A stretch of DNA of 56,583 bases, filler included, from Sluysia triapertura (lineage: Eukaryota), in the NCBI GenBank assembly GCA_046118255.1. It is 4 parts of 4 records of this genome, joined end to end, with 100 filler letters (N's around TTAATTAATTAA, not from the genome) between each part and the next. Parts side by side here need not be neighbours in the genome. Positions count along the whole stretch, not along the records: positions 11,416 to 29,033 come from JBJNIA010186724.1; positions 29,134 to 40,303 come from JBJNIA010187945.1; 2 more parts are not named here. One strand, 5' to 3'. This document shows, piece by piece, positions 26,135-37,399 of this stretch (positions are counted from its first letter, which is position 1; the number at the start of each line of letters is the position of its first letter). Under the pieces are notes generated by a model. That model was not told where the DNA came from, searched no databases, and saw nothing but the letters and a program-made list of their open reading frames with translations. A program made the translations under genes and the position numbers.

Positions 26135-26436
26135 GGACAGTGAGGTAGCATTAATTCCATCTGGTCTTTTGAAATGGATCAAATTCAAGGCACCTCAAGT
26201 TGTTACTCGCCTGATTCAATTATTTGCCGATCGATTATTTCTAACTATGAGTGGGCCTGGTGCACATTTCAAATCACAACCGACTAGTTTATTGAAAAAT
26301 AACCCTAGAGGCAGTTTAGGCAACTTGAAAACTATCTCTATCATTCCAGCTTCACCAGATGTACCAGCAGAACCATTCGTTTTAGAATTACAACATTCCA
26401 TGGGATCTATAGGTTCAACCATACGGCTTACATCGG
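26135..26436 (+). CDS. PNPLA6: Neuropathy target esterase / swiss cheese (PNPLA6/7)-like internal exon
   Basis: ttacag|...|gttag; (R)DSEVALIPSGLLKWIKFKAPQVVTRLIQL...NLKTISIIPASPDVPAEPFVLELQHSMGSIGSTIRLTS matches NTE RDTELAKLP..IKRRYPQVVTRLIHLL...NLATVAILP..VP..FTLELQHAL..IGPTLLLNS (end of third cNMP-binding domain). Confidence 0.9.
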
Positions 26437-27963
26437 GTTAGATTGATTTTATTTAATTTGGCATTCGTAATCTTTAAAATGCCATCGATTACAATCTTTT
26501 GATAAATATTTTTCCTCATTCTCTCCATTATTGATTATTTTTCTATAAAGGCGGAAATTTCACTTTTTAAACATTTTAAACATTTTTTTACATTTCATTA
26601 AGAAAATCAATGTAAATATCAATCAAAGAAAATACCAAATATTCGAAAATTTATTACATTATTGTGCAAGCATTTTACTACGTAAAAAGTTAAAACTTAA
26701 TTCTTACAAAATAATCTGGTGGTTATGTTTGCCTAACAAGCACGATTTATCTTTATAAGGAAGGCGCCTTATTAGAATTTTTAAATATATATTACTTCGT
26801 CAATCATGAAGTAATTATTTAATAGTGAAATCTAGATATACTTACAATCTCAAGTTTACTATAAAATACCAGATATATAATTAGTCAATTCGCAACAGAT
26901 ATACAATTTTTGTACAATACATATTTGAGTAGTGTCGTAGTTGTAAATCAGATAGCTTATAATTATTATAAAATCAGTGAATTGAACTAGCCGTTATGGT
27001 CTAGTTTATGATAAAAGATTAAGCTAGTCTTTAAGGTCTAGCGTGCAATTACGATCGATTTTAATGATTTTTATAAATTTAACTAGCCTTTTTAAGGTCT
27101 GGTAAATGGTAACTGATTTTAAAAGTAAAATTATATATATATATATATTATCTACAGTATTACTATTAAATAAGATAAAAACGTAACAACTAATATAACT
27201 ATAATAAAACAACTATCATAGTAATAATAGTTTTAATTTGCACTTAAGATTTTAAAGAAAAATTAACTTAGCCTTTAAGATCTACGATACAATGTAATAT
27301 ATTTAAATTCTCCTAATAAAATGAGAATATTAATCTTATTAAAAATACTCTTAGTTTTGCTTGGAAAATAAACAATTATATAGAAATCCAATAATCCTTT
27401 TTCCAAATCCAAACGTAAAAATATTCCTCTTGTATTTTTATTTTGTTCTAAAATTCCTTCCAAATTTCACTCTATTTATAGTAAAATATGGGCAGTCATA
27501 TTATTATTTTTAAAAATACTTTATTAAAACAAATTTACAATATTAATATTTTAAAATTAAAAGGATTTGTGGAACAAATTAAAAAAATTTACTAAAAATA
27601 ATTTAATTGATTTGAATTTTTACATTTTCTTTATTAAAATATTAATTAATTTATTTTGTAATATCTAATTATTTTATAATATTTATAACATTTACAAAAA
27701 TTTTATTTATAATTTCACAAAAATTAAAGTTGGACTATAATATCTATAATTATTTTTAACTCAACAATTGATAACTAATAATATAGATTTTAATAATGGT
27801 ATATTGTACTCAATTCTATACAGAAAGTGCAAAAATTGCGACTACTATTGAATTACTTATCAAGACTAATTTTTCAAGTAATAAGACCTCATTTGACGCC
27901 TTATGTTACAGAATTACATTGATTATCAAGAAAAGTAAGAGTAGAAATAAAAATCATGACAAT

Positions 27964-28000
<37 letters not shown>

Positions 28001-29033
28001 ATTTTTTATTGTTTAATTGTTTATTCAATGCACAATTTATTCTCAACTTCTTCTAAATCTCTTTTAATTTAGCTTTTAACTCTTTAAATTAGTATCAAGT
28101 TTAAATATGTCTGATGATTATTTTGCACTATAAAATCCTCACTATATGTTATCATTTCAAGACTCTATAGAATTTATAATTAATTTAAACTTCGCTTAAT
28201 ATTATTAATTTATATTAAACTTAGCTGGAGGTATGAGTCGATATACTCATCCTTGCTGTTCAGGATAGAGTGCTTAATGGTCTGTCAATAACTATACAGT
28301 TAGGCCTTAATCAATATTCAACTATATTTTATAAAATCGTTTTATTAGTAGCGCCACTCCCCAATGAAATGTTACAATTAACTTTAAAATAAAACAAAAA
28401 TACTGAATTATTTATTTATCCTTTATCAAAAATACGTATATATTATAAAAACAAAATTTTAAAATAAAATTAAAATAATATAATTAATAATCACTTACTA
28501 GATCAATTAGAGTTAAATTGTTCGATAAAATGTTGTATAATATTATCTTCTTTATTGCTATAAATTATTCGAAAAGGTACTGTATAATATTATCTTCTTT
28601 GTTGTTACCAAATTGTTCAATAAGATATAACCGAATTTGCTGGATCGATCAAGGTTCGTGTTTAGAGTGGTTGAATAAATTTGCTTTATAATAGATGTTT
28701 TTAGACCTGGACACACCAAAGAAAAAGGTGGGTCTATATAAATGTACATATTGAAGTCGAGGGCATAGAATGAAATAAAGTAAAGAAATGACAATTTAGC
28801 AACGATTACTAAATGTATAATGCTTCACAGTATGATAATGAATATTTTTAAAGTTGTCTGAACTTTATTTTGAAAATGTAAAGTGATTGAAGTTGTTGAT
28901 GAATTGAAGAATGTTGAAATAATTTGTTGAAACTTATTAAAAGGTTTATAGTTTGAAAACAAGATTTATGCATTAGATTTGATAGTTTAAAATGTTTATT
29001 AAAAGATTGAAATTATTTTAAGCTTTATTGATG

Positions 29034-29133
29034 NNNNNNNNNNNNNNNNNNNNNNNNNNNNNNNNNNNNNNNNNNNNTTAATTAATTAANNNNNNNNNNN
29101 NNNNNNNNNNNNNNNNNNNNNNNNNNNNNNNNN
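29034..29133. other. Artificial contig linker
   Basis: N44-TTAATTAATTAA-N44. Confidence 0.97.
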
Positions 29134-29209
29134 GTGGTAGAGCAGTCGGACTGCGCAAACGATGGTCCCGGGTTCGATCCCCGGTCAGTCCATTTTACGA
29201 AGTCTAACA
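29134..29209 (+). mobile_element. 3' half of the tRNA-bearing LTR-like unit (copy 3, cut by contig edge)
   Basis: GTGGTAGAGC...CCGGGTTCGATCCCCGGTCAGTCCATTTTACGAAGTCTAACA, nearly identical to copy 1. Confidence 0.85.
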
Positions 29210-29900
29210 GTGGGACACGGATCGAAACGCGTTGGCCAAGTCAAGAAAGATGACGCGTGATTTTTTATGATTGAGAGTCTTAATAATTTCCTGTAAAGAA
29301 TGAAGGAGTAAATTATGTTCAGTGCAACCATCAGAGCGAAGAAGAACAGCTTGAGGAATACTGATGAGTCGATCATTGAGGATCTTTGTAAAGATGCGAT
29401 ACAAAGAATCCAGAACAGCAGTAGGGCGCCAGGAAGAAACTACGTTTGTCAGATGGAGTAAGGAAAGATTTCCAGGCTGAAGAACGCTTTGAGTTTGAAG
29501 TATTTTAGTGAAGAAAATTAAAAGAAACATCGCTGTGGGATCAACATTCTTCATTTATTCGAATGTGATTTTATTGGGTCCCGGCGCAGAGTTTTTACAA
29601 TACTTCATGGTTATTAAGATTTCAGCTTCAAAAAATGGATAACAGATTGAAAAGTAAGGTGTCACACCAATCTTAGATGGATCGAAGAGTGGAACAACGC
29701 TGAAACTATAGTAAAGGCAGGTTTCATCAAGAGAAGACGTGATGGGAGGAGAGGGAGTACCAGCCACAAGGCGGAAGGCTTTGGTCTGATTCTTTTCAAA
29801 GATATTGTTAATATTAATATCTTTCTTAAACTCGTTACTGTGGAATTTAATTTGAGACATAATATTAGGAAACTTTGGAGGATGCAGGCGATAAATGAGG
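29210..29900 (-). mobile_element. Decayed reverse transcriptase of an RLE-type non-LTR retrotransposon (R2/NeSL/Utopia-like)
   Basis: KNQTKAFRLV, NSAPGPNKITF, WRPTAVLDSLYRIFTKILNDRL, DGCTEHNLLLHS, VIFLDLANAFRSVSH; in-frame stop at 29555; truncated by the tRNA-LTR copy. Confidence 0.85.
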
Positions 29901-30130
29901 TCAGTGAAGGCCTCATCCAGAGAGAGAGACAGAGAGTATAATTACTGAATTTGAAACAAGATTGTACCGAAGTATGTGGATGTTTCGGTTTGTTAACCTT
30001 AATCGACTCATCCAAAAAAGAGCAACAACATTATAGAGAATCTCTCTAATACTGCAAATATCAGGCTTACAAAACATAAAGATATCAGGGTTGCGTTTAT
30101 ATTGTAACACAATATCAAAGATAAAGGGTT

Positions 30131-30397
30131 CACTGAGCTACCAGCCCCGTCTAACAATTTCAGATTATTATAGTCTATTATACTAATATGCCACTTTATG
30201 CCTGTATCCCAACATATCTCAAACATCTTGTAAATATCTTGTAGATATGTGGGCTCACCAAATGTTAGACTTCATAAAATGCATTTATCGGGAATCTAAC
30301 TCGGTCCCTCTACCCACTGAGCTATCAGCGCCGTCTAACAATTTTAGATTATCATAGTCAATTATACTAAATGTCACTTAGGGCCTGTATCAAAACA
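30131..30397 (-). mobile_element. TRIM-like element: LTR (30263-30397) - PBS - 48-bp interior - truncated LTR (30131-30214)
   Basis: Two direct copies of the tRNA-bearing unit; directly after the first unit's AACA comes TT-TGGTGAGCCCAC, a primer-binding-site-like motif. Confidence 0.65.
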
Positions 30398-33300
30398 CAA
30401 TTATTACAAAATAAAAATGAAACTCTTATTTTATTTCATTTTATTAGCTATTTTAAATCTAATAAATTGAGAGATGCAGAAACATAGTTGGAGTGAGAGT
30501 GAAGAAATTGAAGGCATCTACGATAATTTTGAGAATTGAAGAATATCTTGGAGTTCCTAAACTCTGTAAGATGTTGAGGCCTTTGATGAAGCTAAAAATT
30601 AATTTGAGACCTTGTTAGCTTTTTGGGTTCTTTGATGTCTTGATAAGCATTTGAGTCCTTTGGGTAATCTTGCACAGTAATTGAAATCTTTAAAATATTT
30701 GAGAAATGGAATTATTGTTAATGTAAACCTAATACATTAATAATTAGCATTAAGTAGCCAAAGTAACTAAAGTGATGAAAGTGAATGAACCTATAACATT
30801 CTGAGTGCTTAATAAAGTACCAAACAACTTTAAAAACCTTAATAAAACAAGACTAAGTCTAAAAATAGATTAAGATTTTAATCTTAATGAAATAATTTTT
30901 ATGAATAACGTTTGAACAAGGAGTACTCTATCAAAGTTGTGACTGCGTGTGTGTTTGTTTTGAAAATATCTTTCGATGAAGTTCATGTGAAGATAGCCTT
31001 AATACTGAGCAAAGTCAAATTTTAATTATTTCTCAATTCTAGAATGTTGACATTTTCATACTTAGGATGATGAATTGAATATGAAATTGTTGTTACGAAA
31101 TGTTTGTAGAATGGCCTATTTGTGAATGAGAACTTTAAACATTTTCTATTAGAAAAAATGAAAATCAATTGAACTCTAAAACTTAAGTTAAATTCATTAT
31201 TTTTATCTATGTTGACAATACTGAACATCGTTATTTTAATGTGAGAAGTAATTCAAATAAAATACATCGAGTACAGTAAAAGAAAATAATGGTTGATCAT
31301 TAATCACATTTTTATGTTCTGTACTTAATAGGCTAGCAGATCGTACTACGTATTTTCGGTAATGATCTGTAGGAGAGAATACTTGAAAATTTTACAACAC
31401 AGCGATTATTACGTAATTCGTTTTCCGATACTTCCAGAGAAGATTATTATTATTTTTATTATTATCAAAGTTAAGTAATTAAATAATAAATATTTTTGTT
31501 TACCATTATTTAGATATTTATTTTAAATAAAATCTGGGAAAATTCCTTTTTAATAATTTTTTGGAAACCTTCTTTTAATAATGATTTCAGCATTGTCAGA
31601 TAAAATATTGATTTTGAATAATTATTTGGAGATCCCTTTTAATTTAGCACTGATAGCGCGAGTATTGTTTTCAGCTACTTATTTATATTTTGAATATTAA
31701 TATTAGATCTTGAATAAAAATATTTTTTAGAAAACCCCCTTTTTTAGTTATTGGTTCGACTTCAGAGCATTAGTGCTCTGTTCATTCGATTGTCATTGTA
31801 TGCTTATTTGCTGTGTAACCCAATATTTTTGGTCTTAATATTTATTAAAATATTTAATGTTTTGTTTGTGATTAATTAATAATTATTGTGTCGAAATATA
31901 TTTGTTATACTATTTTGATAAGTGATGTTTATTTAATGAAATATGAGTATGTAAAATTATAATTGAGATTAAGTTTATTTTGAATTTTAAGATTAGAATT
32001 TTAACCGAGTTCTAGAATAATAGAATAATGCTGTTCGTCGACAAAATAAAATAAGTTTTGTCTATCTTTTTCGACAATCTCTCTGTACCATTATTTACTT
32101 TGGAGAAGTAAGCAGAGTTTCTTAACTTCTGAAGCATATCATCTATTCTAGAAGTGAAGAGACATCACTTACTGCCTTATTTACTTCTCTAAAAGCAATA
32201 CATATTTTCTTCTTTACCATTATAACTCACGAAATAATGAAGAGAAATTTTCTCGAATAACTCCAGCTTTCTTCTATTTTGTCTTCTCTTTGTTTCATCG
32301 ATAATTTGACTGTTTTTAGCAACTTTGCATGTCTGAACGTTCTGTAAGTTTTTGTACTAAGTTTTAATACATTTTTGCAATTGAGTCTTGTGATTTTTTG
32401 AGGTTTTCTTTATTCTTGAGTCTTCTGGAATGTTATCTACTAGAGGCAGTGGATTTATTATTCAATTTTTAAGTATTTTTTCCAGCTGTGTCGAAACTTT
32501 ATATTATTAAAGGAATCCAAGGTTTCTTTGTACACAGCCTTTTTATATTAATATTAAAATGTTTAGAATCTTCTAAAGACTGACATGTTTGGCTACTATT
32601 GAATGTAGCTGAAGAAACGAATCAATAGACAATTCACTAAGAGTTTGTAAGGCTTTTTTTATTATTTTAAATGTTAAATTTGACAATAATTTTATGACGA
32701 AACTTCTAGCATAATAAATAAATTTATAATATTAAACTGTCTTTTTTCGTATTCGATGTACAGCCTTGATTTAAAAGTTTAAATAAGCTCAATCGGCAGG
32801 ATTCACGATTTCTTAAAAATATACCCCAATATTACAAATGGAACTTATAGGTAGTATTTATTTCAATACATAATTTTTGAAAAATTTTTCTATTGTGCTT
32901 GATCAATTTATAAATATTGATAAAGAAAATAGTCAATGTAATATCAGTAAAACATAATTCTCCGTTATTGATGTACACATGTATGATCGAAACAACATTT
33001 CCTACATCATATTGAGTATTTGAAAGAAAAAATTATGATAATGAATTGCAGAAATATTTTTAATTGGATTTTATAAGGCCAGATTGCAGAACACTGATAA
33101 TAAACTCTGGTACCGATCCAATCAACAACACTCTTGGGCATACGACTAATCTACAAGCATTTCTGAGTACAATTAGTACACAAGAAGCATGGAATACTAT
33201 TAACACAGAATTTTGCAGCTATAACTGAATTAAAATTGATTTTAATATTAAATAATTTAATAGCGAGTAAACTAATTAATCGAGAATAGGGGTAAAGTGG

Positions 33301-33668
33301 CGGGCAATAAAAATAAAATATTTTTTTAGATTTTATAAATTATAATCGATCATTTTTTCATGAGACATCGATTTTTTTAGTGAGCAATAAATGTTTTTCT
33401 TTAATAATACCAAATTATTATTATTATTTTATTCTAATATTGTATACTGTTTACAAACTGATTTTCAAAAAAATTAATTTAATTAACTATGTTATTGAAT
33501 TTTTGACAAATAGCATTACACAAAATCTTGCATGTCGGTCAAACTTCAAATGTGCTCGTTATGTTATTCCTTATGTTCTTTATTCAGTTCTTTATTGTGT
33601 AATTTTGATTTTTTGCCTTCTTTTTACTATTTTTTTAATTCACAGTAAATTTGTATATTCTTGTATGA

Positions 33669-33723
33669 AAGGGCACCAAATTTTGTTTTGCCCGGGGCGC
33701 TCAAAACCGTAGATGCGGCCCTG
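33669..33723. mobile_element. hAT-like transposon right terminus
   Basis: GGGCACCAAATTTTG...GCCCGGGGCGC...GTAGATGCGGCCCTG, i.e. reverse-complement CAGGGCCGCATCTAC, typical of hAT ends. Confidence 0.6.
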
Positions 33724-33879
33724 ATTATTACAGTTACTTAGATGATACGTCTAATTACAAAAAGACATTTTCAGACTAAACAATCTATATCCATTTGATA
33801 TTTGATTATCGTAATTGTCGACAAGCTGATCAATATTGTACATGCATAGATGAAAGGGAAAAAGACACAGAAAGCGATG

Positions 33880-34005
33880 GAAATTTTTTATTATTTCTAA
33901 AAGATATCCAGGCCTTCCGTAATGTAGGCGTTTGTAAATTATTGTCATGATTTTGAATTCTATTCTTACTTTTATTGGTAAATGGAAATAATCCATTGAT
34001 AACAC
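33880..34005 (-). mobile_element. L2 LINE fragment
   Basis: FHLPIKVRIEFKIMTIIYKRLHYGRPGYL motif. Confidence 0.7.
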
Positions 34006-34089
34006 TCCGAGAACTAAAAATAGGATTGAGTGTCACCACGATGTTGAGATTAGAACACTTAGGTACCTTGACAGCTTCCAGTACACCCT

Positions 34090-34349
34090 TAAGTCCGTTG
34101 TATCAGTTCCTGAACGTCGAAATTCGCCTAATATGATTGAAACTCGTTACAATTACGTAGTTCAAATGCGGAGTTTACAACTAGACCTTGAGGATCAGGC
34201 TGGGTTTAATGTAACGGCAATTTATGATTCTATATTCATCCTTGATAATGCCAGAATACATCACTACAGGGATTAGCTGAAACTATTAGTTCCTTAAATT
34301 TAGTAATGCTATACCTTGCTCCCTTATTCCACCTTCCTAAATCCCATTG
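34090..34349 (+). mobile_element. IS630/Tc1-like DDE transposase fragment
   Basis: VPERRNS...IFILDNARIHHY...LYLAP/YSTFLNPI with frameshifts. Confidence 0.75.
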
Positions 34350-35060
34350 TCTATTTGTTTTCCTTGACTGTACACCATAAATTTTCTAATGGACTGAGGT
34401 CAGGAGATCTTATTGACCACTCTAACACATTTAATCCATCTTCATTGAACTTATTAAATGTAGTTTTAGATCGATAACAAGGAGGGTGTTATTTTCTGGA
34501 AGTTTGACAAACGGAACTACTACCATACGTAAAGCTAGCTTTTTATCATAAATTATGACACCTCATACCATAACTGATCCTCCATCACAAATTCTCTTAG
34601 AAAATATTTCTTATGAATCCTTTAGATGACACCAATATTATTTATAACTATCAGGACCATCCAAATTAAATTTCTTCTCATCTGGGAATATTATCTTGGT
34701 TCAGTCAGTGTAGTCATTAATATGATTTTCAGCAAAGTTAATTTTTGCTATTTTATGAGCATCAGTAAGTGGAGGTTTAGCAAGCATTTTAATGAATTCG
34801 ACCTCACTACTATTTTTAATATTTTCCATACTGTTGTTTTACTGCAGTTTAGCTCTAAATCTGATATTATGCGAGTTGTAGACAATGTTGTATTTTTGCA
34901 TGCCTTAATAAACTCATTTTCTGCCAATTAGAAAGTTCCTTAGGACATCCCATTTGTTTTCATTGATTTTTATAACTATTATCCAAATAATTGGATATCG
35001 CATGTCTTGATATGTACAACTTTTTGGCAATACTTGCATCATGTACTTTTTTGGAATATG
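34350..35060 (-). mobile_element. Decayed Tc3-like transposase
   Basis: IAKKLYISRHAISNYL (HTH), DEKKFNLDGPD, GGSVMV, LEWSIRSPDLSPLENLW. Confidence 0.88.
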
Positions 35061-36255
35061 TATCAATATTGCAATATTAAAACAATATAAATATAATAGA
35101 GGGAAGTCGTAATATAATATAATACAAAAATGTACCATATATATGTAAATTCATATTGTAAATTCAAAAAGTTTCGTAAATATTGTAAATTTGTAAATTA
35201 AAATTGATTAATTTAAAATAAATTAAATTAGTAATAAATCCAAATTAATTAAAAAGAATTTTAAAGCATTAAAAAATGTGTAAATTAGAAATTTGTAAAT
35301 TATTAAAAATATAAATTCGTTTAATTTTAAAAAATTTTTAATTAGTTTTAAACTTTAAGATTTTAATATTTACATTATTTAAGCATTTATTTATATTATA
35401 ATGAAGGGACTTTATTTTATTGACAAAATTTAATACAAATAAAAACATCAGCACTATTTATATTGGCTAAAAAACTGTATAAAAATCCAACGCGAAAAAA
35501 TAATATTAAAAGAGAGACTGTTTTTATGGTGCTAAGATCCTGACACCAATTTATGGAGGTAAGAACTTGACTCCAATTTAAGAAGTAATTTTTTAGAAGA
35601 CGATTTAAATTATTAAACTTATGTATATGTGTTAAAATTTGAGGCTTGATAATATAGTATTTTATTTGGATCTTGTAAGTAATTTTAGAGAATTGAATTC
35701 TGGTAATCTACAATAATCTTCTGCTTTATAACTCTTAATTGTCTTGTCTTTACTTAAAGAAGATAGTTCATATGATTCAGAATGTTTAATGTGCAATTAA
35801 GTGACCGAGACTCCGATGGAATATTTAAGTCATTATTCATCACTGTAGATTTAAATAGAAAGGTTGAAAAATAGTGAGAATTGGTTTCTATAAGGTTTGA
35901 AAACTTACAAATAATATTTACTTATATTAGTTTAAATATTTGTCTATAATTACAAATTTTACGGAGCATTATATATATGGTTGATTTAAGTCTCCAGGTG
36001 ATTTGTCCTTGATATCATTTATAGGAGACGATTGAGTCAATTATCGATAACAATAAATTTTGATCAATTTTATAATCATTTATACAAGAGATATCAAATT
36101 TAATTGAACAAATTTTATTATATATTACACATAATCTAAATTGTAAAAAATATTCTTCTCTTAATTGAAAAATTTTCAGTATAGCCTGTTGTCGCACCGT
36201 ACGAATCCTAGTTATAAACTTATTATCTAAAAAATAAAATATCATCAATTCAAAA

Positions 36256-37233
36256 TTAAACTTTAAATATAACATCTGATTGAGACCTAACTTTGTAGTA
36301 AGTTTCGGTGACTTTGTTACAGATAGAACTGTTTGAATAGTTGCGTCGATGATCATGAATATAGGAATATATCGACAAGTCAATTCTTTTAATTGGTGAG
36401 ATATTGGAAGATTCTACTATGTTTTCTTTTAATTTTGAGGCTGTCCGCATACTTGCCATCCAACTAAGGCTCTTCAATAGAATTTTTGATAGACTAAGTA
36501 TATACATAATATGACTGGTATCTAATTTGCTTGATAAAATTACAAGATTGTAAAGGGAATGTGTAGTGCTTAGGAAAGTTGAAAATTCATTTCTTTCTCG
36601 ATTACAACGAATGATTGATTTCATGGTTAAAAAAATTTCTTTCTTTAATACTAAAACTAAATTAATTCTCTCTTTGTGAAATGAAGATCTATGTATAGTT
36701 GACGAAGGATCTTTTGCGTTCATAAATTTCCGTTTCAGTTTTCCCATCACGTAGAGCAATATTTTATTTCTACGGAATTTACAAGGTAAGTTCATAGAAT
36801 AATCGACTTTATACAAATTTTCACCAGAATCATTGGATGTATCATAATAATTTAATAAGAGCATTACAAACTTTCTAACAAAACGAAAGAGGTTACTTCT
36901 GACATCATCTGAAGTTAAACAATGTATGATTAATTGAAACACGTTCATCCGTTTCGATGTTGCAACATATGTCTCTGGTAATTCATCATGATGATTTCGA
37001 TATACATCATATTGGTCGCAGGCGATACTTAGAATGATATATAAGTCTATATTGTTATACGTTTCTATGTCGTTTTTAAATAGTTTTACATTACATAATC
37101 GATTGAATACGAATTCACGAGTTAGATGAAGTTTTCCATAAACTTGTTCATTTGCTAATTTTCTTTGTTCCGGTCTAATCGAAGACATCCGATGCATATC
37201 GCTTGGCATAATATATAGGTCTTGTTGTATCAT
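36256..37233 (-). CDS. Intronless hypothetical protein, 325 aa (possibly frameshifted into 36015-36383)
   Basis: Longest ORF in the window, very unlikely by chance at this AT content; no domain recognised. Confidence 0.55.
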   Translation of the reverse strand: MIQQDLYIMPSDMHRMSSIRPEQRKLANEQVYGKLHLTREFVFNRLCNVKLFKNDIETYNNIDLYIILSIACDQYDVYRNHHDELPETYVATSKRMNVFQLIIHCLTSDDVRSNLFRFVRKFVMLLLNYYDTSNDSGENLYKVDYSMNLPCKFRRNKILLYVMGKLKRKFMNAKDPSSTIHRSSFHKERINLVLVLKKEIFLTMKSIIRCNRERNEFSTFLSTTHSLYNLVILSSKLDTSHIMYILSLSKILLKSLSWMASMRTASKLKENIVESSNISPIKRIDLSIYSYIHDHRRNYSNSSICNKVTETYYKVRSQSDVIFKV

Positions 37234-37399
37234 TAAATTAGAGTCATAAAATAATCCGTAGTTAAACTGTCCGACGAAACAACAAAATAAATTTTAGATT
37301 AGTCTATTTTTGTTTTTTTACTTCACGTATAAAAATTATACAACCGTTATGTAAAAATAGTGTACTCTGTTTTTAATTTTAATTTTTTTTGTTATAATC

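Noticed and set aside
26216-26422. Minus-strand 68-aa ORF
   Set aside because: Antisense shadow of the NTE exon.
31425-31446. U6-like CAGAGAAGATTA
   Set aside because: Only about 12 nt match; no other U6 sequence around it.
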